The notes: a model not told the origin generated them from the letters alone. A stretch of DNA of 63,855 bases, filler included, from Octopus bimaculoides (GCF_001194135.2; 4 parts of 4 records of this genome joined end to end with filler, not necessarily neighbours in it), one strand, 5' to 3'. Counted from the first letter of the whole stretch, positions 24,148-38,785 are shown. Translations and numbers: made by a program.

Positions 24148-24810
24148 TGCGAATGCGGGTGCGTACATTATATATAGATTTGTAAGTATATATGTACGCA
24201 TGTTATGTTGTTATGCTAAGTTATGTATGTATGTATGTATGTAGGTAGGTAGGTATGTACGTATGTATGTGTTAGTGCATTTATACGGTACTTACAAATG
24301 AGTATAGCTGTACAGTGTAAAGTACTTAAACAGCAAGCCAGCTAATTAACAAATAATTAAATTAATTCACACGTATATTTATTTAATTAATTGAAACCAT
24401 CAACCTACGTACAATTTCGTGTTTCTCTGAGTGTGCGTGTGTGCTTATTTAAGTCTGAATGAATGCGTGTATATACGAATGGATGTTTGCATACATGTTC
24501 GGGCATGTATGTGTGTGCCTTTGTATAAGTGTTAACTTGTGTACCTGAGTGCATTTGTGTATGTGTGCGTATGTGTGTGTATGGGGGGGGGAGGTGCCTG
24601 CGCCGTTTAGCGGACCTTTCGTTCATTCATCTTGAAATAAGTGAATGCGTATATATATGTTTGGGTGTTTGTATGTACGTGCCCGCGTGTTATATAAACG
24701 ACTGCCTTTGTGAGTACACTACTCTTCTGCGTATGTTGACCTATATGTGTATGTATATATATATATATATATGTGCCTCTGCGCGTATGTGTGTACATAC
24801 ATATGCCTAC

Positions 24811-24841
<31 letters not shown>

Positions 24842-25048
24842 TATATGTATGTATGTACGTGTGCATGTATATCCATCTTTCACTGAGTGTCAATCTAACC
24901 ACTGTGTACGTCTGACTTTTGTTGCTTTTTCCTGTTTCGTCTTTTTTTTTGTACTTCCCACACACACACACAAACATGCGTACGTACATACATACATATA
25001 TATATATACATATATAATATATATATAGAGTGCCTTTATATATATATA

Positions 25049-25083
<35 letters not shown>

Positions 25084-25367
25084 NNNNNNNNNNNNNNNNN
25101 NNNNNNNNNNNNNNNNNNNNNNNNNNNNNNNNNNNNNNNNNNNNNNNNNNNNNNNNNNNNNNNNNNNNNNNNNNNNNNNNNNNNNNNNNNNNNNNNNNNN
25201 NNNNNNNNNNNNNNNNNNNNNNNNNNNNNNNNNNNNNNNNNNNNNNNNNNNNNNNNNNNNNNNNNNNNNNNNNNNNNNNNNNNNNNNNNNNNNNNNNNNN
25301 NNNNNNNNNNNNNNNNNNNNNNNNNNNNNNNNNNNNNNNNNNNNNNNNNNNNNNNNNNTATATATAT

Positions 25368-25401
<34 letters not shown>

Positions 25402-25589
25402 ATATATAAGGGGTAATAAACAGTGCTTATGACCCTTCACTGGTCTCTGTGGTGATGGGAAGTACGTATACTTAATAGTTTGGCACCCGGTTTGACACCA
25501 CTCATGATAGATATGATAGGATATGGACTCACAACGCAAAGAACCGTGACGAATATTGTGAGGCACCCGACCTGAAGTCCTTGCAATTC

Positions 25590-25905
25590 CTCCAGTTTAC
25601 CCACAAGATGAAAGGTAATGTTGAGCTTGTGAGAAATTGAACTCGGAGAGCCGTGAGTTGAAACAAATAGCGCACAGGACCTTATCCGACGTTCTAGACT
25701 ACATTACTAATTAACCTTGTTCTTTAATTACGCACATACCTGGCAACAATTTCGACCGGAAAGGGTTAGTCGTTCAGGTCAACCTTGATCCGGAGGGATG
25801 AAACACAAAGTTGCACTCGTTAGGATTTGAACTCAGAATGTATAGATCCGAAACAAAACAGCGCAAGACAATTTTTCCGACACCGGGCGAGTCAGTCAGT
25901 TCGCC
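25590..25905 (-). mobile_element. Two old family D-like SINE remnants
   Basis: GATGAAAGGTAATGTTGAGC...AATTGAACTC and GGATGAAACACAAAGTTG...ATTTGAACTCAGAATGT. Confidence 0.5.
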
Positions 25906-25914
25906 GTTCTCGTG

Positions 25915-25976
<62 letters not shown>

Positions 25977-26100
25977 CATGTAGGTATGTATATAAGGGGA
26001 GAAACAGACGAAGACAGTCACAGAGAAAGAGAGAATGTGATCTGTTTATCCATATTTCTATATATGATTTTTGTATGCATGTATACGTTTATATATGTGT

Positions 26101-26151
<51 letters not shown>

Positions 26152-26169
26152 CATACATACATACATACA

Positions 26170-26203
<34 letters not shown>

Positions 26204-26352
26204 CATACATACACACGCACATACACATGCGATTTTCTCTCCTATTCTCTCTCTATCACACACACTCACATACTCACACACATACTATCTCACACTTTCT
26301 TTCTCTCTTTCCCTCCCTCTCTCATTCCCTCTTTCTATCTTCCTCCCTCTCC

Positions 26353-26416
<64 letters not shown>

Positions 26417-26931
26417 TTCTCTCTCTTCCTCGTTGTCCTTCTTTTTTTTTTCCTTCTCTCAACTTCATAGTAAATCCACTAGCAATGTAGTGATCTCAAA
26501 AGTTTCGTGTTAAATATTGCGCACTTCAGTGCTCCCAAATCCGGATAAACGCCCTTTATCCTGTTGTTTACGGCTTTTGTTTATACCAGGTAAATATTAC
26601 TATTTCATTGAATACTTGCTTCTAGTTTTGTACTTTGTTCTATTTATTTTTGTAAACTCAAAATACAAGCTCACACTCAACAACATAAATACATTCATCC
26701 ACTGCTTCAATCAATACATATCCACAAATTAGCGCACGCGCACACACACACACATACACAATGTGTCGTATAGAATGTTTTTGTATCGATGTGCATTTAT
26801 ATATGTGTATATCATATCAATATGTGTGTGTGTGTGTATGTATTCATATATATGAGGGTATGTTGGTATAAATATACTGATGTGCGTGAGTGTATATATT
26901 TATGTATAAACTACACAACAATACATGTTGC

Positions 26932-26967
<36 letters not shown>

Positions 26968-27280
26968 TNNNNNNNNNNNNNNNNNNNNNNNNNNNNNNNN
27001 NNNNNNNNNNNNNNNNNNNNNNNNNNNNNNNNNNNNNNNNNNNNNNNNNNNNNNNNNNNNNNNNNNNNNNNNNNNNNNNNNNNNNNNNNNNNNNNNNNNN
27101 NNNNNNNNNNNNNNNNNNNNNNNNNNNNNNNNNNNNNNNNNNNNNNNNNNNNNNNNNNNNNNNNNNNNNNNNNNNNNNNNNNNNNNNNNNNNNNNNNNNN
27201 NNNNNNNNNNNNNNNNNNNNNNNNNNNNNNNNNNNNNNNNNNNNNNNNNNNNNNNTATATATATATATATGTATATATCA

Positions 27281-27315
<35 letters not shown>

Positions 27316-27316
27316 G

Positions 27317-27351
<35 letters not shown>

Positions 27352-27730
27352 ACACACACACACAGATAATCTACATACGTACCTGTTTATATGCATATAT
27401 GGGTATACCCGTAGCTAAGCCTTCTGAATGAAAAATATTCTAAAATCGAAAATAATAAAGTCTGATTCATTTGCGCATGCACATATGCGCCGTACGCGAA
27501 ATCGGGATCTTTCAGAAGGCTCATCAAATCGTAAAGCTGGTTGCACCGTGATCATTCCGATTTCCAAACACCTGACCTACTCATCATTTTTCTTCAACAA
27601 GGGATATTAACTTAGCGACATACTCGTGTATGCGTATATACTACCATCACCCAACAAATGCACAAACAACATTCTTCATCGATACGAAAATTGAGTTGTT
27701 AAATTGATTATTTTTGCTTTGATTTTTTTT

Positions 27731-28010
27731 ACCTTTCACTTGTTTCAGTCAGTCATTGTACTGCGGCCAAACTGGAGCACAGCCTTTTCTTTTCTTTTTT
27801 TTTTCAGCCATTTAACTGCAACCATGCTGGAGTACCGCCTTTATTCGAACAAATCAACCCCCAGGATTTATTCTTTGTAAGCCTAGCACTTATTTTATCC
27901 GTCTCTTTTGCCGAACCACTAGATTACGGGGACGTAAGCACACCAACATCGGTTGTCAAGCGATGGTGAGGGAGACAAACACAGACACACAAACATATAC
28001 ACACGCATAT

Positions 28011-28064
<54 letters not shown>

Positions 28065-28226
28065 CAGGCTTCTTTCAGTTTCCTCTACCAAATCTACTCA
28101 CAAGGCTTTGGTCGGCCCGAGGCTATAGAAGAAGACACTTGCCCAAGGTGTCACTCAGTGGAATGGGAACCCAGAACCATGCGGTTGGTAAGCAAGCTAC
28201 TTACCACACAGCCACTCCTGCGCCTG
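27731..28226 (-). mobile_element. Full-length SINE family E with internal (TA)n/(TG)n microsatellite and CORE-like segment
   Basis: Head GCAGGAGTGGCTGTGTGGTAAG, CACCTTGGGCAAGTGTCTTCT segment, internal (AT)n at about 28008-28062, duplicated 3' tail at 27731-27840. Confidence 0.85.
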
Positions 28227-28400
28227 AATCATTTAGTCGAACAAATCGAAACCAGAATTTATTTTTAGTCTGGTATCTTATTCTATCGATCACCTAAGCC
28301 GAACCGCTGCGTTACGGAGACGTAAACAAACCAAAAACGGTTCTCAGACGGTAGATCGGTGACATACACAAACAAAAACACATACATATATACATACATG
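28227..28400 (-). mobile_element. SINE family E, 3' half, diverged
   Basis: Homologous to 27845-28010. Confidence 0.65.
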
Positions 28401-28517
28401 TGTGCGTGTATGTATGTATGTATGTATGTATGTATATACTTGTGTGTGGGTGTGTATTTATGTTTGTATGTGTATGTATTTATGTGTGTGTGTGTCTGAA
28501 TGTGTGGGTGCGTCTGA

Positions 28518-28571
<54 letters not shown>

Positions 28572-29494
28572 NNNNNNNNNNNNNNNNNNNNNNNNNNNNN
28601 NNNNNNNNNNNNNNNTTAATTAATTAANNNNNNNNNNNNNNNNNNNNNNNNNNNNNNNNNNNNNNNNNNNNCATGTGTGTATGTATGTATGTATGTATGT
28701 ATTATGTATGTATGTATGCATGTGTGTGTGTGTATGTATGCATGTATGTATGTATGTATGTATGTATTATGTATGTATGCATGTATGTATGCATGTGTGT
28801 ATGTATGTATGTATGTATGTATGTATGTATGTATGTATGTCATTATTCAGTTTATTTCCAGATTTCTTGCCAATAGAAAAAGAGCTGGTTTCTAATTCAG
28901 ATCCAAGTCTCCTTCATTGGAATTTCAACAACTTCAACAGGGTATTTTTGTATGTGTATATGTATATGTGCGAATTTGTACGTTTTGCCTTATGCATGTC
29001 TTCTCATGCATATGGTTGCATGTCTAGACATGGTTATATATTCTTAAATGATAAATTTCTGGTAAGTTTTCAGAATTTTACAGTTCCAGCTTGGATTTGT
29101 AGTCTTCGAATCAGCTTTCTCCTTTCTGGTTTTGAGGAGCCTAATTTCTCAAGATTGGTATTTAGTTAGTGTGTTACATATCCCATTGCCCCAATAATTA
29201 CAGGTATAAACCCGATCTTGTAATCTGGATAGAATAACTGTATGTATGTATTTATGTATGTATGTATATATGTATGTATGTACGATTTTTCTTTGAACTT
29301 AATTTAAGTTCTTTCTGACTGAGTTCAAGTCGGTCGCTATCAAAGTGGCAAGACTTTTGGAGTTAAGAGAGTTCCCGGTGTTTGTAAATACGTGCAGTGA
29401 GCATTTTGGTCAAGTCTCCGGCTTGGGGATGCATGACTCCCTCTAACCTCTTATAAATATAAAGACTAGGCTATGTCAGTAGGTAATCTATTAA

Positions 29495-29850
29495 TTTAGC
29501 TTTAGCTTCCGTCTCTTCGGAGTCGATCAAATAAAGTGCCAGTTTAGTACTCTCAATATAATCGACAAACCCTAACAATCAAAGTAGTTGGTTCTTCAGC
29601 CTAAATTAAAAGCCATTATTTATATTACAAAAACAACAGACATTAAGAATCAGTACAGTGTTGGATTCAATGCTTTGTGATAGCTAGTCACGCATTAGTT
29701 TATCGATACAAACAACATGGAGGTCAACTTTACCTTTCATCTCCTTCGGGGTCGAGAAAATAAAGTACCAGTCAAGTACTGGGGCTATTTAATCTACTCT
29801 ACAATCTTTCCTCACTAAAAATATGAGGCCTTTATCTATTCTGTATTAGC
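29495..29850 (+). mobile_element. Two partial family D SINE remnants (29495-29620, 29720-29850)
   Basis: TTCGGAGTCGATCAAATAAAGTGCCAGT and CTTCGGGGTCGAGAAAATAAAGTACCAGT cores. Confidence 0.6.
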
Positions 29851-30157
29851 TATCATTCGTACTTCGCATGACCTCATAAATAGGGAATACAATAATGTTG
29901 AGATAATTTTTCAGTGTTTTGACATGGCGCAAACTATCACTAGATTTCTCCCAGAAATTCTTCCCCATGGTACAAACATTACATATTTTACTCGGAATGA
30001 TAATGGTATGCTTACCTACATACATAATATCTCTCTCTCTCTCTCTCTCTCTCTTTATATATATATACATATATATATATATATACATACATACACACAT
30101 GTGTATGTATATACAGATTACGCATATTAATATATATATGTATGTATACATACATGC

Positions 30158-30192
<35 letters not shown>

Positions 30193-30565
30193 TGTATGTA
30201 TGTATGTATGTGATTGTGGCTAAAAACGCCATGTTTCCCACCTGGCAGCAAAATATATCTCTTTTTGTTATCTTCCCTAGCCTCTTTCTCCCGCTACATT
30301 TCACCCTATATATATATACATTATCTGTCTCACTCACTTTTTTACGCTTACTTCACTTAGATGTCCAAATCCATTTCGCAGTTATATTTTCAACATGAAT
30401 CAATTAACCTAAAATATTATGACAGTTGTCTATCTGTCGTTAACCCACTTCCAACAAACTTACTCTGAAGACATTCTGGAGGGCGGGCAGACAAGCCATA
30501 ACTAGTTTACCGAAAAGAAAAAAGAGAAAATAATATATACAGTTAGTCTATACTTCTTTCTTTAT

Positions 30566-30644
<79 letters not shown>

Positions 30645-30653
30645 TGATCATTA

Positions 30654-30739
<86 letters not shown>

Positions 30740-30740
30740 T
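30566..30740. repeat. (AAT)n followed by (TTA)n head-to-head microsatellites
   Basis: Two perfect runs in opposite orientation around a short spacer. Confidence 0.95.
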
Positions 30741-32249
30741 TGATACAAATTACTTTCACGCTTAATTTAAGATTCAAGCGAAATATTTGTTTCCCTGTTG
30801 GAATAGAATGATAGCGTCGGGTTTATTTCCCCAGAAACAAAATATCCTGCATATTATAACCACAATGTGCTATACATTTAAAATTGAAACTGAGCTGAAC
30901 AAATTGAAGAAGACGAGTAAAAATTTCAGCCTCATGCTGCAATCTTGTTTTTGAAATAATGAATAAATCTGTTAAATCCACAGGTTTGAGTCAATTAGAC
31001 TGTGTGATATTTATGTTTTTCTCAAATTATACAGCGTCACGTAAATAATGTCGTCTGGCTTCCTAGTATCTTGAACAACCAATATCATTTTCTACTTCTC
31101 AGCATCCGTCATTGGATTGTGTAGATTGTGTGTGACTGTGCCTGTACATACGTATGTCTTGTTACGTGGTTTTTGCGTATGTGCGTGTGAAAGGATAAGA
31201 GAGTTTCTATGCGCAAGATTGAAAAGAAGGAAGAGACAAAAAGTTAGAATTTATATTTTACTGCCGAGTAGCGATGTTGACGTATTTCTTATCACGTTGA
31301 CAACCTGCAATAGGTTTATGACAAACAGAGAAAAACCAGAAAATTATCATGCTTGTACCTTCGTCAATGGTGTTGAAAAAGATCTGTTGCTGAAGACTAG
31401 ATCACGGTATAAAAGGCAAGTAACCTGAAACAACTATTTTGAGAGCTATTCACGTCCAAGACAACCAACCTGCAATCCAGATTGAGATAGGTTACGCTGA
31501 ATAGGTCTTAGAATCGCGTTAAGTGTACACCTGTCTGCAGGATACTTAACGTCTTACACGTTAAGTGGGTGCAGACATACTATTTCCACCAACACTTTCA
31601 ATCCTACATAATAAACCTAAATTTTACAGGTATCACCCGGTAAATACAACTGCTATAGTACCAAGTGCAGACCCATACAATGCATGGTAGAGGAAGGTAA
31701 TATTGAGTTCAATAAAATAAAATAAATCCAACAGGTGTGTAGTGTTGTTCCTAAGTGTAGGGCTATTGAGATATATTTTAAGTGAAGGAAAAACAATAAG
31801 TTTGTAGAGAATAAGTCCAAATTACAGCAAGCGCCAACCAATACATCCATGGTGTAAAAAGTACTAGAGCATAAAATAAACAAAAAATAGATAAAGTTAA
31901 GATTTAAAATAAAAATTAGAATTTGAAGTAGTTATAAATGGTTATAACATTGTGGTTAAATACGTAAGTCCTCTGTGTTCTCAAATAAGTTCATGAATGA
32001 AATATCTGGCATTATTACAAGGGGTTAGTTGGTAATATTAAGGAGGAAAGATTTAATTAGTATAAGAAGTAGGTGGTCGATATGGGTGGGGGTGGAGGTG
32101 GGGTGTTAGTAAGACCTAAACTCAGAATTTGGATAAAAGGATGGGGTATTTAAATGAATATCTGCAAGAGCTTCAGTAATTACTAACAGACTAACTTAAT
32201 TCAGGGGTAAAATTTATATCCTTCATTATAATATTAAGAGCTACAGATT

Positions 32250-33000
32250 ATATGTTGTGGGGTTCTTGGCACTATTATGGGGTAGTATAAGAGTATCTAA
32301 AGTTCAAAATTGGGTTTTGTGCTGTTAGAATGAAAAAAAATTTCATTAATGCAAAAATAACATTTCCTATTTTTTCCGTTATAGGAAGGTTCAGTAGCGA
32401 GGATCTCCCATTCTAATGTAAAAATTATATCACTATCTTTGAGTTCCCAAATATACCTACTTAATCCAGTCGAATTAATTCTGTTTCTATTTCTAAAAGA
32501 GTGTTGATGTGTGGCTACTCTACGTTTTATCTCATTTTGAATAGCTCCTATGTAACCAATTTTACTAGACTTTTGTGACTGTACATTGATAAATTACGTC
32601 CTTAATTCTACAGGTATTACCGAAGACATAATTATCCCTATTCCTACAGTCACATAGATTGTACTATAGGGGGGAATTGCTTTCTGGTGGGGTAGAGCTA
32701 AGTCTATTCTGGTTCTGGATGTATCCTTTACTAAAGTTGGGGTAGTGTTTATTATTTTTATCCCTACTAATACCACCATAGTTGCTATTTTTGTTTCTGT
32801 TTAAGTAGAAAATGTCTAATTTCTTATTATTCAGGGAGGATATAATGCTCGCTAAGTTATATGTAAGACTATAACCTATCCTTATTGTTCGACTATTTAT
32901 AAGTTTTGAATACCTATTAGCTTTATCAAAGTGCTTCTTTATAACGTTAAAAATTTACTTAGCTAGGTCGGTCTTTATTTGCATTGCAAAAGGGAGTATA
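32250..33000 (-). mobile_element. Penelope-like element linker plus GIY-YIG endonuclease remnant (Neptune-type)
   Basis: MIWCILPF, RTIRIGYS..NLASIISSLNNK, CDCRN..DVIYQCTV..YIG and HQHSFRN..STGLSRYIWELKD. Confidence 0.75.
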
Positions 33001-33378
33001 CACCAGATCATATCTCCCGATTTACCAGTAGTCTCTTCATGGTTAGTGTGTTTATTAATATTATTTATCCTTCGTCCATTTACCTTCTTTACTGCTGTAT
33101 GAATTATTTTTGTAGTTATTCATGTTGTTGCTAAATATAATCCTTAAACGTTGGTACCGTTTAAGGCTGAATGGAGACATTAGCTCCTTTGTTCGAGGTA
33201 TAAGGACGCAGTTGTGCGTCGATAGTCAGCTGGAAAAGATATTTTCCTGGTGATAAAAGTAGTAGTAACACCGTCCTAATCAGGACTGCCACTTTGCGTT
33301 GGCAAATAGACTTTACTCTGTAGTAGTGTTACTACTTATTTCTCACCCAGAGATTTAAAACTAATTGCTTTTCTCCTC

Positions 33379-33454
<76 letters not shown>

Positions 33455-33988
33455 NNNNNNNNNNNNNNNNNNNNNNNNNNNNNNNNNNNNNNNNNNNNNN
33501 NNNNNNNNNNNNNNNNNNNNNNNNNNNNNNNNNNNNNNNNNNNNNNNNNNNNNNNNNNNNNNNNNNNNNNNNNNNNNNNNNNNNNNNNNNNNNNNNNNNN
33601 NNNNNNNNNNNNNNNNNNNNNNNNNNNNNNNNNNNNNNNNNNNNNNNNNNNNNNNNNNNNNNNNNNNNNNNNNNNNNNNNNNNNNNNNNNNNNNNNNNNN
33701 NNNNNNNNNNNNNNNNNNNNNNNNNNNNNNNNNNNNNNNNNNNNNNNNNNNNNNNNNNNNNNNNNNNNNNNNNNNNNNNNNNNNNNNNNNNNNNNNNNNN
33801 NNNNNNNNNNNNNNNNNNNNNNNNNNNNNNNNNNNNNNNNNNNNNNNNNNNNNNNNNNNNNNNNNNNNNNNNNNNNNNNNNNNNNNNNNNNNNNNNNNNN
33901 NNNNNNNNNNNNNNNNNNNNNNNNNNNNNNNNNNNNNNNNNNNNNNNNNNNNNNNNNNNNNNNNNNNNNNNNNNNNNNNNNNNNNNNC

Positions 33989-34940
33989 CCTCACTTGCCA
34001 GAGCAGGTTCCGTAGACTGTGAATCTGCTCTCTCACCCCGCCCCCGCCCCGTCGTCACCCGTCTCCCGTTTCCCCTCACCTTCCACCCCACCACACTATC
34101 TCTCCAACGCACCATTCTCCGAACCTTCCTGCGACTCCAGTCCGACCCCTCTACTTCGCCATCTTCCCTAACCGACCCCTCCCCTCCTTCAAACGAGTCC
34201 ACAACCAACAAGACCTCTTGATCTACAGCTTCTTCTCTAACCCAGCCTCCCAACCCGGCTCGTTCCCCTCCTCCTGCCCACGCTGCTGCACTTGCCCTTA
34301 CCTCTCCAACACCACCCTCTTCACAGGCACCTATCATCGACCCTATCATATCACTGACTCCATAACCTGCACTTCTAGCAACGTCATCTACGGCATCTCC
34401 TGCTCTCTCTGTCCTTCTCTATACATCAGTCAAACGAAACGCCGCTTGGCTGACCGGTTCGCGGAGCACCTCCAAGTAATCAGACTCGGCAACGATAACC
34501 CGGTTTCGCGCCATTTCCGTTTTACCGGTCATTCTTTACAACATCTGTCTTTGTTTGTATTGTCCTTGCACCTGTCTATGTCTGGACCATCCGGACTCCC
34601 GTCTTCGCCGTGAACAGGGATTAATCTTCACTCTTCGTTCTTTTGCACCACATGGGCTCAACTCTCTTCCGCTCTTCATTTCACCCTCTTCCTCTCTCCT
34701 CTCTTCCTCTCACACCTACTTCCTCCCACCTACATCTCCTCTCTTGATCTGACACCTACTCCCTCTCCTTATTCCTACCCACATTCTCCTTACTCCTACC
34801 CACCTTCCTTCCATCCACTTCCTTCATCGTCACCCCTCCCTCGCTACCCATCCCTACACATTCCAACTCCACCATCCCTATACATCTCATTTGCCCCACC
34901 TCATCCCTTACACCCACCCTTGCTTCCCCAACTCTCGCCT
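33989..34940 (+). mobile_element. Penelope-like element 3' part with GIY-YIG endonuclease
   Basis: CPRCCTCPYL, TCTSSNVIYGISCSLCPSLYISQTKRRLADRFAEH, PVSRHF and REQGLIFTLRSFAPHGLN, followed by a CT-rich 3' tract; bounded by gaps. Confidence 0.9.
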
Positions 34941-35809
34941 TCNNNNNNNNNNNNNNNNNNNNNNNNNNNNNNNNNNNNNNNNNNNNNNNNNNNNNNNNNN
35001 NNNNNNNNNNNNNNNNNNNNNNNNNNNNNNNNNNNNNNNNNNNNNNNNNNNNNNNNNNNNNNNNNNNNNNNNNNNNNNNNNNNNNNNNNNNNNNNNNNNN
35101 NNNNNNNNNNNNNNNNNNNNNNNNNNNNNNNNNNNNNNNNNNNNNNNNNNNNNNNNNNNNNNNNNNNNNNNNNNNNNNNNNNNNNNNNNNNNNNNNNNNN
35201 NNNNNNNNNNNNNNNNNNNNNNNNNNNNNNNNNNNNNNNNNNNNNNNNNNNNNNNNNNNNNNNNNNNNNNNNNNNNNNNNNNNNNNNNNNNNNNNNNNNN
35301 NNNNNNNNNNNNNNNNNNNNNNNNNNNNNNNNNNNNNNNNNNNNNNNNNNNNNNNNNNNNNNNNNNNNNNNNNNNNNNNNNNNNNNNNNNNNNNNNNNNN
35401 NNNNNNNNNNNNNNNNNNNNNNNNNNNNNNNNNNNNNNNNNNNNNNNNNNNNNNNNNNNNNNNNNNNNNNNNNNNNNNNNNNNNNNNNNNNNNNNNNNNN
35501 NNNNNNNNNNNNNNNNNNNNNNNNNNNNNNNNNNNNNNNNNNNNNNNNNNNNNNNNNNNNNNNNNNNNNNNNNNNNNNNNNNNNNNNNNNNNNNNNNNNN
35601 NNNNNNNNNNNNNNNNNNNNNNNNNNNNNNNNNNNNNNNNNNNNNNNNNNNNNNNNNNNNNNNNNNNNNNNNNNNNNNNNNNNNNNNNNNNNNNNNNNNN
35701 NNNNNNNNATATATTTACGAAAGACTTATGTAAAAGGAAAGTAAAGATGAAATAAAGAAACATGTAATAGATCAAAATATACACCAGCTTTTACCTGGTT
35801 TTATTTCTA

Positions 35810-36190
35810 GATACATTGTATACAACATTTCGTAAACAGGAAATGTTGACAATTACAACATGCCGGTATAGACAACATTTTTTTGTGAATTTAACATTTT
35901 CATTGTTCGAACACCTGCAACATCCTCTTGATTGAGCAGCAAAAATCTTTACGTGTGAAAGATCTCCAACTTTAATGAGATAAAAATACAACTGATCTTC
36001 CTTGAACAATGTAGCAGGGAGATAAATTTCACATTCTGTTCAGTTTTGTCCTTGACTTTTGACAGAAGACATGGAAGTTTGATAGCCGCCATAAAGTGAA
36101 AGGCAAATGTGATCTGATGCTTACGGGTTCATATAGGGCATCAACGAAATACATTCCGCAGCAACACCAGTAATTTCACTTGCTTTTATG
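35810..36190 (-). mobile_element. Very decayed Helitron PIF1-helicase C-terminal fragment
   Basis: EITGVAAE...MSSVKSQGQN*TECEIYLP..LF..DQLY..KVGD...RNVVY, collinear with the 52721-53175 remnant. Confidence 0.55.
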
Positions 36191-36353
36191 ATTTCTTGAA
36201 AATGGATGCAAAAAATTATCATAAGGCTAACTTGCTGAAATGATGGGAAGGAAGGAACTAAGATGGACAGATAGTGCCTGTGAGGTTATTTTCGTCTTAG
36301 AAAACATATATGAGAGATCAAAGTGAAATAAAAAAGAAGACAGACATATAGAA

Positions 36354-36432
<79 letters not shown>

Positions 36433-36969
36433 CAGACAGACGAACAGACAGACAGATTGATAGATAGATAGATAAAATTACTTTTATCTTTCTATCTATC
36501 TACAAAAATAGACAAAGGAAACGAATAACTATTTCTAAGTTTTCTGAAAAGAAATTTATGAATAAGGATTCGTATTTTTACCTACCTTTAGTATTAAGTT
36601 ACTTATTTTTCAAAAACAAAGAAGAAATTCTGTTTTCAACAATGCTAACTTAATAAGTTGATGAAAAGGTTCTTAAAGATGGCATGGAGAAATAGAAACA
36701 GTTCGATAAGAGAGGGAAACGTAATACTGTAGTAATGTTCGCATAATATGTATATTTCGGAGTGAGGGGTATATACACGGTAGAATTTGAGTTCAGAACA
36801 TAAAGAGTCAGAAAAATGCTGCTAAGTATTTTTCTGGCGTCCTAACGGTTCGATCAGGTCGCCGCCATGAAAATAAGAATAAAACTAAGACGACGACGAC
36901 GACGACGACGACGATGATGATGATGATGATGATGAAGTTGATGATGATTTTGCGTACCTATTTGTCCCA

Positions 36970-38612
36970 CGAATAGTTAAATCCTTGGCAAAAGCTACCA
37001 ATGGCAACATCATCACCGCGGAAACTGACCACCTCGAACGCTGGAAAGAGTGCTTCAGCTTTCTTCTGTACCACCCGCCTGTCCCAATCGATCTCAGCCT
37101 AACCATCAGCAGAGGCGCAACTGCAACCAACGACACTTTCAGACTCGGCACTGTCATCCCCGACGAAGTCAGTACCGCCCTGAAGAAGCTCAACAATCGC
37201 AAAGCCGGTCCAGTGACTCACACGCATCATCAACCATATATGGGTCCCAAATGACTGGATCCAGGGCATCATCTTCCTTCTGGAAATGGAAGGGCGCAAG
37301 CTCGTCTGTCGCAACTAAAGGGATATCATCCTACTTTCCATCTCGGGCAAGCTCTTCATTAGGATCCTCCTCAGCCGTGCTCTTACTACCATTAGAAGCA
37401 GACAACACCCACAACAAGCCGGAGTCATGCCAAATCGATCAACTGCCGACCATATTTTTGTCATTCGTTTCATTGTTGAAAGATCTAGGGAGTTCGGCAA
37501 AGATAACCACCGCTACATCGCCTTCATCGACCTCAAGCCAGCATTCAAGATTAGGCAGCCCTCTCAAATATTCTCAAGCTTGGCGGCGTGCCTCCCAAGG
37601 TCACTACCCAGCTCCAGCAACTCTATATTAATGTTGAGAGCTGCGTGTGGGTGAACGAGAGGGTCTCCAACTGGTTCTCCATCAACAGCGGTGTTAGACA
37701 GTGATGCGTGGCTGCACCTGACCTCTTCAGTTGTGTCATCGATTGTCTGATGATCAAGGTCTATGAACGAGTTTCTGGCGATAAGTCCGGAAACTACCAT
37801 CAGCGACTTGATTGACCAGCTCAGGGACGCACTGACCATATAACGAGATGAATCAGTAAAGCTTGGCCTTCAAGTGAGTTGGGTGAAGACCAAGCTGATG
37901 CATGTCAACGGTGGCCGAGACCCTCCTCCACTCCACACTGGCTCGACGTTGTGGGATTTGTCAGCTCCTTCATCTACCTCGGCTCCGCAATCACCAGCAA
38001 TGCAGATCTGACCACAGAAATCAACTGCAGATGTGGCCTGCCTGCTAGAATCAAATAGTTCCTATGGAAGCCCCTTTGGCGCCACTGCTTTATCTCTCGA
38101 AAGACGAAGATCCGCATCTACAATGCATCGGTCCTCTCCGTTCTCCTCAGGAAGACCCTGACAAAGAGGATCGACGACTTCGACAGCAGAACCCTGAGGA
38201 CCATCGAGAACAACAGATGGTACCATCACGTTTCCAACGAAGAGCAGCGTGCAGGCACACATCAGCCCACAGTCTCCTGCAGCCTCCCGTCTCATTGCCA
38301 TTCGTTGCATGTAGTGGTGCGGACAAATCCTCCGCCTCTCGCCAGATCATCTAACCAGAACCTTAGTCTCATTAGATGCAGCAACTTTAGAATGGAAGAG
38401 GTTCTGTGGTAAGCCCACACACCAGATGGCTGGACGTGATTAAGGAAGATCTCTAGAGGCTCGACATCACCTTGGAGGATGCAGAGGGGCTGGCATGGAA
38501 CTGCTAGCGTTTTGGGGGCACTGGTGGACCTGGTAGGCTCTACACACGATGACGCCTCTGGGACCGCTAACCTAGGATTACCCTAGTTCTGTCTAGCAAG
38601 CGCACAGAGTTC

Positions 38613-38685
<73 letters not shown>

Positions 38686-38686
38686 T

Positions 38687-38720
<34 letters not shown>
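36970..38720 (+). mobile_element. 5'-truncated GC-rich RTE-clade LINE (second RTE family) with (AG)n tail
   Basis: ALKKLNNRKAG, QAGVMPNRSTADHIF, YIAFIDLK, INSGVRQ*CVAAPDLF, FIYLGS and KTKIRIYNASVLSVLL, with frameshifts and deletions. Confidence 0.85.
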
Positions 38721-38785
38721 CATACATGAGAAGGAAGATGTAAAAAATAGAAGTATACAATCCCCTTAAGTATATAATAGCTCGA

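Noticed and set aside
28616-28627. TTAATTAATTAA islands centred in N runs (also 43694-43705 and 61689-61700)
   Set aside because: Each has exactly 44 N + 12 bp + 44 N = 100 bp, and the 12-mer has stops in all six frames. This is an assembly gap spacer, not biology.
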